DNA of 63,556 nucleotides, counting the filler, from Octopus bimaculoides (taxonomy: Eukaryota): NCBI RefSeq assembly GCF_001194135.2. It is 6 parts of 5 records of this genome, joined end to end, with 100 filler letters (N's around TTAATTAATTAA, not from the genome) between each part and the next. Parts side by side here need not be neighbours in the genome. Positions count along the whole stretch, not along the records: positions 15,311 to 37,402 come from NC_068982.1; positions 37,503 to 52,052 come from NC_068982.1; 4 more parts are not named here. One strand, 5' to 3'. Shown piece after piece: positions 24,698-38,160 of this stretch; positions within the stretch are counted from its first letter, which is position 1, and each line of letters starts with the position of its first letter. Below the pieces are notes generated by a model. It saw only the letters and a program-made list of their open reading frames with translations, was not told where the DNA came from and ran no database searches. A program made the translations under genes and the position numbers.

Positions 24698-24898
24698 GTA
24701 AGTATCCAACAGATGCACCAATAAGTTTATAGTGCGCTGCAACAAAGTTTGACATTTTTGATTGTCATTTTTTCCCCCTAGTTTTAACTACAAAAAAGTT
24801 TAATAATTTAAAACGCTTTAGATTACTTAATCTATATTCACTTTTATATGTCTAGATAATGATAAGATTGCGTTTCTGTTTGTAATATGTGCGCATGT

Positions 24899-24964
<66 letters not shown>

Positions 24965-26364
24965 GTATGTATGTTGCATGCGATTTTTTTTTTATTTTGA
25001 ACAATCGCTTTATTTTGTAAACCGATACTGTAATGAAAAAAAAATTCTTTTTAACTTTTTATCGATCGAAATATTCACCTAAAGTAAAAAGTAAGAAAAA
25101 AATGTTAGTTTGTCAATATTTTGCTCTTGTTTTAATGATAATCAAATTAGCGATGTTTATAAAAATCTTCTGATTAAAGAAAAGCAAAAATAAATATTTA
25201 TAAAAAAAAATTATGACCAAAACTTGAAAGAGTTTCTGCTTTGAAACTCGTTTCCTCAATAAAGAAACTGTAACAAAATACATATGTATTTTGCTATTGA
25301 TATAACTATAGAGAATGTTGAGTGTCTTTCTGCTTGTTTTTCTTTTCTCTTTCTTTTTTTTTTTTCTTTCGTCAATATCCGTGCAAAATATCAAAATGAA
25401 ATAACTCTAGCTATGAATATTCTTCTTACCGATCTCAGTGTGTACAAGAAGGAATATAGATGTATCGATGTTATTAAAATGTCTTTAAAGATGAAGTAAA
25501 AACGACAAAATATATAAATAAATAAAACCCAGAAAATGCTGAAAATAGAAGTGGAAAGGAAGGTGTCTTATAATAATTCGATCGGTAAAATAATAACGAA
25601 CAAAAAGGAAGGGAAATCAGTGTTAACAGGTAAGTTGTTGACGGTGGAATAGTTTGTAAATAACAACAAAATACATCGTGTAGGGGCTGTGTTACCTCTT
25701 TTGTGTTTTTGATTTGAACTGAATTCTGTAATTACCACGTTGTTGGAAGGAAGCGAGTTATTATAACCTCTTTCAGTTCGGTTTAACTATGCATTTTGTC
25801 AATGTTTGTATGCACGTGCTGTTATTTATTGCTGTGTTCTCTTTGTAGTTGCAAAATTACCGGAAGCCAATATATTACAGGCACTCTATTCCACTCCTCC
25901 CACTTTCCCATCACATGTGAATGCATGAAACAATTGTTATTATTATTATTATTTGCAGTGGTAGCATCTTAGTTTTACAGTAACTGTCCATTCGTTAAAA
26001 CCCTATTCAATGCCTTTCTATTTCATTTCATTGTCCAATTGTATTATTGCATAATTCAGAACCTGGATCCTGTAGCAGTTCTTATCGATCATTATTCAGT
26101 TGAACAGATTTCTGAAGCATTCAATTCCAGCCAAATGTTCCTTCTAAGTTCCCTTTTCATTGGCATTTTAATCTGGCATCATTCCTTTCTCTTCAATTTT
26201 GACTCCAATTTAATACTCATTTCTAACAATAACCCTGAAAGATTAAAAGTTTGACAGTCTCAATGTTAATAGATCTGTCATTTCAGAATTAAAAAAAAAA
26301 AAAAACCACATGTAGAATTGTAAATAGTCTATTCTTAGATTCCACTATGCTGTTTTCATTTTAG

Positions 26365-26461
26365 AATAAACGGGAATGATGTCAGGGGTGGCAGATATAG
26401 CTCCAATTTTAAGAGGATGGCTGTGGACATGGTTAAAAGTAAAGAATCAGTTGGTGATTGA
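26365..26461 (+). CDS. Probable next exon of the same gene
   Basis: Strong acceptor tgttttcattttAG. The phase-2-compatible frame reads INGNDVRGGRYSSNFKRMAVDMVKSKESVGD*. AATAAA at 26641. It may instead splice at GTGATT (26454). Confidence 0.42.
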
Positions 26462-27280
26462 GCTCTCCATAAAGTCCAACAGCAACTTGAGAGTGACGGC
26501 TGTATCTCTAACAGAAGACACAGTGAACTGTTAATCAATACTGCATAAGTTTACTATAACCAATAGGTGCACAACAAATTTTATAGAATTTTGCTGTGTC
26601 TTAATCTCTACTACTACTACTACTACTACTACGTCGCTTCAATAAACAAGCCTTATATGATCACCATAGAAGTAGTGGCTATGTTTTGTTACTTCAAAAT
26701 TTTATTCACTTTTACAGTCTAAGTCAGTAATTGAACAAGAACTAGTTATATGTAAATGTTGATACAGATTGCTCCAACCTTTATTTTTTCATATTAGTCT
26801 ACTGAACTGATGAAGTTTGATTGTATGATTTATATAAAATGTGAGGATGCCACAGAGAATCATCATTCTGTTACATAATAATAGGAAATGGAAAACTTGA
26901 TCTAACTACCAAATATCTTTGTGATTATGTTGTATGATAAATTAGCTTGCTAATAATGTACACTATTATTGACTTGTAAGAGAATCTATTGGGAGTTAAA
27001 GTAGTAGTAGTTGTCTAAATCATTTTAGATGCATTATTCACCCATACTTGTTGATGTCATATTTTCTGGGATTTTGTGTGATCCCATATATTGTATTTTT
27101 AGTCTTTTTTCATTATCAGGTGCTGTGTATAAGTACATAATAAACGCTCATTATGTGATCAGTTCTGCAAGTATTGGATATGCAATACAAATTCCAATAG
27201 AAGCCTATTAGATGCCCTCCCCCACCATGTGGCGATTTAACCATTGGAAATATATAGTTTACAAGTGAAAATAAAGAATT

Positions 27281-27474
27281 TAGGCATGAGGCCAGCAATT
27301 TTGGGGAGGGGTAAGTTGATTACATTGACTTCAGTGCTCAACTGGTACTTATTTTTATCAACCCCCAAAAGGATGAAAGGGACCTTGTTGGAATTTGAAC
27401 TCAGAGTGTAAAGATGAACAAAATGTCGCTGAGCATTTTGCCCAGTGTGCTAATGATTCTGCCAGCTCACTGCC
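27281..27474 (-). mobile_element. Family B SINE
   Basis: Reverse head (ctgccagctcactgcc) and core. Confidence 0.85.
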
Positions 27475-28022
27475 TTAATGCTATCTATAATATTAAGTTC
27501 ACATATACAATACTATTGTTTATAGTGGCAGTCATAGCATAAGTGTCAGTTAACCTTGAAATTAGTTTCCAAAGTTCCAGTCCTGATAATTGTGTATCTT
27601 TACAGAAATAATTTGAAATGATACTAAGCTGCCATATTTGATGAAAGGTTACATAAGTTATGTAAATCTATATTGAAAACTTATCAATTTCTACTGAAAA
27701 GTTTTAAGTAGAAGTTAGTTGCTGTTTATGGCTTCTTGCTGAGGTCTCCAGTATCTATTTTTATCATTAGAATCCTTTCGGAAGTTGAATCAATCATAAC
27801 CAAATTACAATGAGAATCCATATTTGCAGGTTTCCATGACAGATTTCCTAATTTCTTAAAACTTAACACTTAGATGGAGTACTTTTATAGAGATATCCTG
27901 GATGAGTAAATGAAGTAGATTATAAAAAGTACAACAAAACCACTAGGAGTGAAACAGTCAAAATACACTTCAACTCCAAACTGTTTTTGTTTAATATGCT
28001 AAACTAAAATTATATAGCTTAA

Positions 28023-28235
28023 CCCTTTAGCATTTAAACTGGCCATATCTGGCCAAAATATTCTACCTGTGTAATGTTCAAACCAGCCAGATCTGACCTG
28101 TCACACCTACCCTATAATGTCATTCTAAAAATATATAATCACATTAAAATCATGAAGCTATGATGTAAATCACGATTAATTCAAAACCATGTGAATAAGT
28201 ATTACATTTGATAGAATAATCTGAATGCTAAAGGG
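28023..28235. mobile_element. piggyBac-type MITE
   Basis: TTAA on both sides. TIRs CCCTTTAGCATT / AATGCTAAAGGG. Confidence 0.85.
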
Positions 28236-30250
28236 TTAAATTTTTTTTGAAGATGAGGTAATGCATAGACTTTAGCTAGAAAGGTGGAGTTTAATCACTA
28301 AACAAGATGTTTGCAAACATTTAGGCATGTAATGAGCTTGAGTTAGGATTTAGTATGTTTTTAGTAAGAATGTCTTAAATAATGAGAATGCATTATTTTT
28401 AACTTTAGGAAACCTGAAAACAAAAATAAGTTCTTTTAAACATTTTATGCTATTTACTCTTGCTTGTTATTAAATAGGATGTAGCAGAGAAATCTAGTGG
28501 CTTCCATCATTGGTTATCTTTCTTGACGCTTCAAATTCAATATTTTATTATTAAAGTTGTTCAAATCTTGTTGAACAGATGGTGATCAGCATTGCTAATA
28601 ATAATTATCTTTATAATCTTCATCTTTACCATCACTAGTTTTTCAACTGTCTTTCCAAAGACAATTTTTGTTTTGTTTTGTTTTGTTTTTTTTTTCTTTT
28701 TCTATTTTATAAACATTATTTAATTTCTCTACTGAAGAACTACAGTAAATAGATGGATTGAGAATAACACAGTTAATTATAATATATTAGTTAAGGCTTT
28801 GTACCTATAGACTGGAAACTTAACCTGAAAACTTTTTTATACATAACAGTGGGAGTTAGATACAGAAAAAAGAAACAGCTTGAAACATTGAAGTTGGTGG
28901 CATTGTAATAGATGGATTAAGTGTTGACACTATTAGTATTAAATAATTTTAATTGAGAAATAAATTTACATATTGAAATTAATACGCCACAGATTGGCAT
29001 GCTATTAACATACACAAATCAGAATGTCAGTTAACTGGTCTTATTGAAATTATTTCCCTTATTTTTAGATTTTAAGCACTTCTTGACAGGATTCCTTACT
29101 AACTGTATTCATGACGAAATTGTTTTTAACTCACACTATTACATATGTGAGACTCTTCCATAAGTGTAAATTATTTAAAATATTGTTGCATTTCACCGAA
29201 GGTTGTTTGTATGACTAAAGAAGTAATATAATGGTAAGATGCAAAAGAACACAATAAAGATATAATTCTCTGAAAATATGGCTCATACAAATATTACCTC
29301 AATTTCAAAATATCTTAGACCATCAGATACTGTATGAAAATGAAACATGCTGTAGCAGGAGAAAAGCTGGAAAGTCTGAATAATTTAAAGTCGCATAAAA
29401 AGATAAGAGTAAAATGAGGTTTCATCCTATCCCCATTGAATAAGATTAGACCAAAGGAATTCAGGCAGCAGCAGAAAAGTGTTCAAAAATCAACATCTGC
29501 TTCACACAAATTAGAAACCAATTCGATAACGGTAAAAAGAAAAAAAGTGGGGGTAATTGAAAGAAGAAGGGTTCTTTTCTCTATTGACTCAATATCAATT
29601 CTTAGATAACAAAGGCCAAAAACTTTTGAATTGAAAGGTAATAACTTTAAATGAACACCTCAAAGATAATGATGTCTAAATTCTGACAAGAAAGAAGATT
29701 TGTAAAGCCTTCCTTCAATATTGTCTTATCACTTATTTTCAAGAATTGCAGCTGTAAAACTGAAATAAGCAAACAAAAAGCCTTCTGTAACTTTCACCAA
29801 GGCTAATTTTGCAAAGATCTAGGTTAAAATAAACATTAATAAATAAAATAGATAAAATGTGCTTCTATCGTGCTTATAGCTATGTATTGATACTTGATCT
29901 GCTGAAGAACATTGATTGTCAATATTGAAACATGATGTTGGCATAAATTTTTAAAATTATTCTAGATGGACGGATATTAACTAAAATAAATTTTTCGTAA
30001 TAATATATGTGTTACAAAATATGAGATGTACAAATAGTCTACAGCATAGACATCCTTCAAAAGTGGTGACAAAATTGGACACATTTTACAAAATAGTAGG
30101 GGAATTTTGATACAAAGGACCTGAAAGTAAATTTAATGCTAACATTAAGTAACTTACACAGATATGTTTGCATACATTGGGAAACTGAAAAATCTTGAAC
30201 AAGATTTTCTAGTAAAAGGGGAAGGAAATGAATGAACAAATATAACATAT

Positions 30251-30642
30251 ACTCTTTTACTTGTTTCAGTCTTTTTGACTGTGGCCATGCTGGAGCACCG
30301 CCTTTAGTCGAGCAAATCGACCCCAGGACTTATTCTTTAGAAGCCTAGTACTTATTCTATCGGTCTCTTTTGCCGAACTGCTAAGTTACGGGGACATAAA
30401 CACACCAGCATCGGTTGTCAAGCGATGCTGGGGGGTCAAACACAGACACACAAACACATACATATATATATACATATATACGACGGGCTTCTTTCAGTTT
30501 CCGTCTACCAAATCCACTCACAAGGCTTTGGTCGGCCCGAGGCTATAGTAGAAGACACTTGCCCAAGATGCCACGCAGTGGGACTGAACCCGGGACCATG
30601 TGGTTGGTAAGCAAGCTACTTACCACACAGCCACTCCTATGC
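30251..30642 (-). mobile_element. Family A SINE (full length, low divergence)
   Basis: End-to-end reverse match to 10798-11210. Confidence 0.92.
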
Positions 30643-31888
30643 ATGGATATATTTGTTAAAAATATTAACATGAAATATATCTGGTCTATTAGACTTGCAC
30701 ATGTGTATATCTACAGGCATACATACATATATGAATGTATACATATATTACTCATGCACATATATAATATAAGCATCAAATATTTATAAAATACGATGTG
30801 TTTCTTTCTTAAATTTCTCCCTTAAATTTGTATTGTTACCTCATAAAACCCGTCAGCAAAATATGAGCTTCAGAACACTTATTTTTGTTGCCACTGCTGC
30901 TGTAACTATATTTTATTCCAGCCTTTATGATCACTATGGCAACTATTACTGATGCAGTTTCCATGACTAGACTTGGGTAGCAGTATAATAGATTCATAGT
31001 AGAAGAAATGCAAATAAATAAATAACTTCAACAATAATTATCAAGATACTTTTTCACACACCCATAAACATACTTAAGTCAGATATCTTTGCTATATAAG
31101 AAGCATGTCTGATGACAGGCTTAAGTCCACTTGAAACAAATTGAAATAATTGATTCAAGCTACTATTATAGCTAAGAACTAACAGATGTAAAGTTTGAAT
31201 GATACATGTTCAAGAGTCTGTGCATGTATAAATTGAGTGGGTTAAAAACTATAAGATAAATGATGTGGGAGTTAGTCTTTGTTTCATAGTCATTGGTTAC
31301 TATCATTTGATCGACCCTTAAACAAGACACATTAGTATACTTGCCAATTCAACCCAATCTAATTTTTTAAAAATGAAAAAAATAATTGCCATGATTTGTT
31401 GTCTGTTGAAGTGAAGGAATTAAGGCAACACCTGCGGCAGAATAGAACCATGTGACCCAGTTAATTTTAGAGAAATATCAAATTCTGTACCTTCTCTCAA
31501 TTAGATCATGATGAAGTAAGAGGAATATTATTGCAAATGTGCAATCCAGATTTGCTAAAAGCATCTGCATAGGTTTCGAATGTGCTGATGCAGATGACCT
31601 AATTATAACATACTTTAAATGCATGAGTACATATTCATTTAAAAATTTGTTTACGTATGGCTGGTCGATGCCATAATTGATAGAGCATAGAACAAAATAC
31701 TTTGAGCTATTTTGTTTCATCTGCTGAGCATCTCGGTTCAAATTCCACCCTGGTTGACTTCATTCTGAGGACTGTAAAATAAGTACTAGAATCAATGTAA
31801 ACAACTACACTCTAGCAGATAATATCCTCACATGGACATGGTCCAGTGACTGAAACTACTAATAAAAACTAATAGTAAAAGGAATATG

Positions 31889-32300
31889 GGGCAGGTGTGG
31901 CTGTGTGGATAAGAAGTTTGCTTCCCAACCACATAGTTTCGGGTTCAGTTCCACCACATGGTACCTTGGGCGAGGGAATTCTACAATAGCCCCAGGTCCA
32001 CCAAAGCCTTGTGAATGGATTTGGTTGATGGAAACTGAGAGAAACTCATCATGTGTATGTTTATGTCTCATTGACTTGATATCACATGATAGTTGTAAAT
32101 GAGTGCCTCTGTCATATAAGCAGTGTCGTTTATTTCCAATATTCTGCAAAAACATAGCTGGCCATAAGAAAATATCACTTTGTTTGGAAACAGGTGAGGG
32201 TTGGTGACAGGAAGGGGATCTAGCTATAGAAAATTTTCCTCAGTAAACTTTGTCCAACCCATGCAAGCTTGGAAAAGTGGATGTTAAAATGATGATGATG
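31889..32300 (+). mobile_element. SINE with a family A head and an RTE-derived 3' tail
   Basis: The head aligns with family A. The tail (gtccaacccatgcaagcttggaaaagtggatgttaaaatgatgatg) aligns with the RTE 3' end. Confidence 0.82.
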
Positions 32301-32544
32301 TATAATTTAAATTAGGTCTATGACATCTATCCATGACCAAGGCATTTAACAACTATGGATCAAACTGATTTAGCTGTAACTATCACAGGATTGTATCATT
32401 TGTTGTCAGCTCTTTAAAGTTAATATATGATCTATCGACTTGTCATGTTCAATTTAATTTGCTGCAGACTTTGTAACCTATCTTTTTAACTCAATAATGG
32501 GATAATCCCAAAACTTCAGAAAATCTTGATGATGGTGATTGGTT

Positions 32545-32970
32545 CGGATTTAGGTACAAGGTCAGCAGTTTTGGGGTGGAGGTGAGGGCTGTTGATCAAA
32601 TTGACCCCAGTATTTGACTAGTACATTATTTCATTGGCTCTGAAAGGATGAAAGACAAAATTGACCTTAGTGAAATTTGAGCTTAGATGATAAAGAGCTA
32701 GGACAAATACCACAAAGCATTTTTTCCACTACTTCACTGGCTCTACCAACTCATCACTTTAATAATGACAAATAATTGTCTCAAATTTTGACATAAGACC
32801 AGCAATTTTTTAGGGTGAAGAAGATAGTTGATTGTATTAACCCCAGTATTTGACTGGTACTTTATTTTATTGACCCTGAAAGGATGAAAGGCAAAGTTGG
32901 CCTTGGTGGCATTTGAACTCAAAATGTAAAAAACTGGAACAAATGCGGCTAAATATTATGTCTGATGCTT
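32545..32970 (-). mobile_element. Two tandem diverged family B SINEs
   Basis: Repeated gaccccagtatttgact...gaaaggatgaaag core. Confidence 0.78.
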
Positions 32971-34049
32971 ATTTAGTAGATTCTAGTTAATCAGCCCATC
33001 AGATAGGTGTTTATTTGGCATTGGTCCCCAAGAATAAAATCAGATCAAAATCAATAAATCAATATGCTCGTTCTTTTTAGAGGACACTATGTTTAATTCT
33101 GATTATTACTTAATTATCCAAGAGAACCATATCTAAAAAGTGAGTAATGAATATTGTTTAATATCAAACTCAACATTCTTTGTCTGTTTCAATCTCTCTC
33201 CTCCTTTGTACTCCCCCTCCCCCATTTTTTTAATGCATTTCTTAACCGCCAAATGAATAAAATGCACAAAAACAACTGCTTCTTAGTGGAAAGTTTGTGA
33301 GTAAGGATAATGGAATGATGTTATTAACTAAATGGTATGATGATTGGTCAGGTTACTACTGTTTATTACTTTGCAGCTGGGAGGTTCTAATTAATTAACC
33401 TCACACTAACAGCATGCAGCAGCTTTGTGGTATAGATGTTCATGTGAAATTTCTTTCCCATAGTGCACCAAATGAAATTATTAATATTTTATGTGTATGT
33501 ATGTGCATGGATCTCACAAAGTTGGTTATTAACTACACTTTATTGAAAACAGTTAGTCCTTGGAAGTCAGAAATGAGAAAATTACTCATAAACACTGACT
33601 TATATGTGTGTAGTTTGACTCCTCTACGAAGATCTGTTTACATGTTTTCTGTCTTATATGTGCTCATAAATGCTTTATATGAAACTAGTCAGTAAATTTA
33701 AATACTCGAGATTCTTTCACAATATGATTTGAAGGATCACAGCCAGATGCTTTGTGCTTGTGATTGCATGAAACTCTTGGCTAATTCACTGTTTTCCAAT
33801 AAATATGTAAACTGTACACAATATATTGAGACCTGGGATTAAAGGTGGGGTGAAAAGAGAATAATCTCTTCCTGCCTCTAGGGGAAAAATTTCCTCTGTC
33901 CAGTCATAAATAATGTGGGGGAATCAAAGTGTTTTTGACCTGAATTCTGATACCCTTTGCTCTGTCCTAGGTGCTAAGTGCTTTTTTTTTATATTTGTAC
34001 ACTAGTGTGCATGTGTGTGTGTGCACACACACACACACACACACACACA

Positions 34050-34438
34050 CTTAGTAGACAGAAGCTGAAAGAAGCCCAACATATATTCTTTTATTTTTTC
34101 AGTCGTTTGACTGCAGCCATGCTGGAGCAGCACCTTTAGTCAAACAAATCGCCTCCAGGACTTATTTTTTGTAAGCCTAGTACTTATTCTATTGGTCTTT
34201 TTTTTTCCAAACCGCTAAGTTGCAGGGACATAAAAACCCACCAACATTGGTTGTCAAATGATGTGGAGTGACAAACACAGACACACAAATACATATATAT
34301 ATTCAGTTTCCATCTACCAAATCCTCTCACAAGGCTTTGGTGAGCCTGAGGCTATAGTAGAAGACACTTGCCCAAGGTGCCAAGCAGAACTGAACCTGGA
34401 ACCATGTGGATGGGAAGCAAGCTTCTTACCACACAGCC
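34050..34438 (-). mobile_element. Family A SINE (runs into a gap)
   Basis: Reverse match to family A body and head. Confidence 0.82.
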
Positions 34439-34682
34439 NNNNNNNNNNNNNNNNNNNNNNNNNNNNNNNNNNNNNNNNNNNNNNNNNNNNNNNNNNNNNN
34501 NNNNNNNNNNNNNNNNNNNNNNNNNNNNNNNNNNNNNNNNNNNNNNNNNNNNNNNNNNNNNNNNNNNNNNNNNNNNNNNNNNNNNNNNNNNNNNNNNNNN
34601 NNNNNNNNNNNNNNNNNNNNNNNNNNNNNNNNNNNNNNNNNNNNNNNNNNNNNNNNNNNNNNNNNNNNNNNNNNNNNNNNNN

Positions 34683-34739
<57 letters not shown>

Positions 34740-35087
34740 ATGTGTGTCTGTGTGTGTATCTGTGTTGGTGGTCTTTTTGTCTGCTTGCCCATCCCACTAT
34801 TTGACAACCAGTGTTGGTGTGTTTGCATCCCTGTAACTTTCATTGATCACTCGCCCAAGCCCAAAGTACCACCAAATTATCTGCCTCACCACACACACCA
34901 TACACCCCACCCTCCTCATACACTGTCTTTCCCTCTCTTTCCCATCACTGGCAACTTACCCACCAGTATATCATCTCTGAAACAAAAGGCAGTCTTTGAG
35001 TTCACTGGATCCTGTCAACCTATCCAACCCATGCGAATATGGAACAGACATTAAATGATAATGATGATATACATATATATATTGTAA

Positions 35088-35425
35088 GCACAGGCATGGC
35101 TGTGTGGTAAGAAGCTTGCTTCCCAATAGTTCCAGGTTCAGTCACACTGCATGGCACCTTGGGCAAGTGATTTCTACTATAACCTCGGGCTGACCAGAGC
35201 CTTGTGAATGGATTTGGTAGACAAGCTAAAAAATGCCCGTCATACATATAGATATATGTGTCTGTGTGTGTGTGCGTGTGATTTTTGTCAGTGTTTGTCG
35301 CCCCACCCCACCACTGCTTGACAACCAGTGTTGGTGTGTTTGCTTACCCGTAACTTAGAAGTTTGGCAAAAAAGACTGATAAAATAAGTACTAGGCTTAA
35401 AAGAGAAGTATTGGGGTCGGTTCAT
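35088..35425 (+). mobile_element. Family A SINE, diverged
   Basis: Head ggcatggctgtgtggtaag, plus core and 3' body. Confidence 0.8.
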
Positions 35426-36004
35426 TCAACTAAAATTTCAAACATTTTCCTACAACATTCAAACGTCTTACTTCATATTTACATTTCTTAGGTAACAGAG
35501 CTGTCAACTACATCTTCTCTGTGTGTGTGTGTGCGTGTATGGGCATATATATATGTGTGTATGTATGTATGGGTACATATGTGTGTGTGTGTGCATATAT
35601 ATATATATATATATGTGTATATATATATATATATCATAGTAACTGTTTTTGTTGTTTTGTGTCAAAACATTAAACCGATCAGTACATAGAAGTGTAGGAT
35701 TGAGTATAAATTTCACATATCACATGATACTAAGCTAAGTCTCCAATTCTAACTCTGTTTCATGTCCACTGTCATCACTAAATCCCTTAGGATTAGCATG
35801 CAGTCAGGTATCCACATTAAAACTTGATACGGATTTAATGGTAGAGTTACTAAATATAACACGCACGCACACACCACATACTCATACACATCCCTACCCA
35901 ATAACACACACACACACACACACACATGCACATAATTTAAGTAATAATAAGTAAAATTGAGACATATTCATGCCATTTTAGAAAAATTTATATAAAGCTA
36001 CTAC

Positions 36005-36137
36005 TGCCATATATATATGTGTGTGTATAAACATATATAATGACACATATGCACACATATAAATATATATGTGTGTATATAAATAAATATATGTATGCAT
36101 GTGTGAATATATATATATGTGTGTGTGTGTATGTATG

Positions 36138-36182
<45 letters not shown>

Positions 36183-36453
36183 GTATGTGTGTGTTTATAT
36201 ATACATGTATGTGTGTGTGTATATATGTATGTATGTGTGTATATATGTATGTGTGTATATATATATGTATATATGTGTGTGTATATATATGTATGTGTGT
36301 GTATATATATATATATATGTATGTATGTATGCATGTATATATATATATATGTATGTATGTGTGTATATATATATGTATGTATTTATGTATATATGTATGT
36401 ATGTATATATATGTATGTGTATGTATATACATATGTATGTATATATATGTATG
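36005..36453. repeat. Long compound TA/TG microsatellite
   Basis: Directly visible; ends in a gap. Confidence 0.95.
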
Positions 36454-36823
36454 NNNNNNNNNNNNNNNNNNNNNNNNNNNNNNNNNNNNNNNNNNNNNNN
36501 NNNNNNNNNNNNNNNNNNNNNNNNNNNNNNNNNNNNNNNNNNNNNNNNNNNNNNNNNNNNNNNNNNNNNNNNNNNNNNNNNNNNNNNNNNNNNNNNNNNN
36601 NNNNNNNNNNNNNNNNNNNNNNNNNNNNNNNNNNNNNNNNNNNNNNNNNNNNNNNNNNNNNNNNNNNNNNNNNNNNNNNNNNNNNNNNNNNNNNNNNNNN
36701 NNNNNNNNNNNNNNNNNNNNNNNNNNNNNNNNNNNNNNNNNNNNNNNNNNNNNNNNNNNNNNNNNNNNNNNNNNNNNNNNNNNNNNNNNNNNNNNNNNNN
36801 NNNNNNNNNNNNNNNNNNNNNNN

Positions 36824-36860
<37 letters not shown>

Positions 36861-37659
36861 GCATAAATTAGCCCTATGAACTTCTTGGACTATCTTATAA
36901 AAAACTCCCTGGCAAAGCCTGTATATTTATATATGCATAAATTAACCCAATGAACTTCTTGGATTATCTCATAAAAACTCTCTGACAAAACCTAGATGCA
37001 TACCCAAGTACCCTAATTTTGTATACAGATTTACAATACACTGAAAAGAATAGAAATAACATATGGGGTACTGTGACCTCTTGGCTGAAACAGCTGTAAG
37101 AAACTGCTCTTCTGTCTCTATTCTAGAAATTACTAATATTTTACACATGTATTCACATATTATCTGAATTGTTTAAAATAAATAAATAGACATAATATAA
37201 TGTCTAACAGCTGATGAATACTACCTCCGGATTCCCTCCATTTTCTTCTTACTCTCTCGCCTAATTATTATACTCAGTAGTGTAATTGCCACGCAATAAC
37301 CAACACTTGTGTATTAATTAGGTATTCTACCAGCAGTATATTAGATAGATACTATCCCTTAGTTGGTTGGATTCACAACCTCTTTTTTTGAATTATATAT
37401 ATNNNNNNNNNNNNNNNNNNNNNNNNNNNNNNNNNNNNNNNNNNNNTTAATTAATTAANNNNNNNNNNNNNNNNNNNNNNNNNNNNNNNNNNNNNNNNNN
37501 NNATACTTTTAAATGCGTTATTCAATATTACACCGTATATGAATGTATGTGTGTGTTCGACGAATGAGAATTTAACAGGCAAAATTTAGAGCGTTCTCAC
37601 TTCGATGTTTTGCCGTGCTTTATGTGGCAATTCATATTTTTTCGATACTTGCTGATCCG

Positions 37660-38160
37660 TTTGCAGTATTGGTCTCTATCGTGTAGACGTAGACTCGGCC
37701 TACTCTATGCTGAGCTGCCTCTCCCTAAGCGTGTTGATCTTGGCTGACGCAAGGTTGGAGTTGCCTTTGTAATAAGAGTTTCTCAACTGAGCTCGATTCC
37801 GTATAGCAGATTCTTGTTTACAATTCTATCATCAAGCTTGCCTTTACAGAATCCCTATAAAAGAGTAGTATGTGTCCTTGGTGCCTGGCACCAGAGCTAC
37901 GTTAACCAGGTGTGTCTTCTATGCGTACGAAATGGCCAACCCACTGTAGTTGGATTTGATAAGGAAACACTCTATGCTTAGAATACCACATCTTGAAGGA
38001 ACCTCTGTTCAGAATTGTTCTGCGATATGAGTGTTCATATTTCATAAGAGTTTAGGAGGGAGTTAAGTACTACTGTTTGGTAAATTTGAATCTTTATGGC
38101 AAGAGAGATGTAATGATCTCTCGAACTAAGGAGCTGCGTTTGTCTTATACAAATTTGATC
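37660..38160 (-). mobile_element. Old RTE (BovB-like) LINE 3' fragment
   Basis: ISLAIKIQIYQTVVLNSLL, QLQWVGHFVRIED and a terminal C2H2-like remnant (VGRVYVYT region). Distinct from the young RTE family. Confidence 0.7.

Noticed and set aside
29298-29751. Two candidate - strand exons (29659-29751 LQFLKISDK..., 29298-29329 SDGLRYFEIE)
   Set aside because: Splice phases do not join, one donor is weak, and no family is recognised. Such matches are expected by chance in AT-rich introns.
31109-31145. CUGAUGA...GAAAC spacing
   Set aside because: No proper stem II closing pair, no U16.1, and no stem I.
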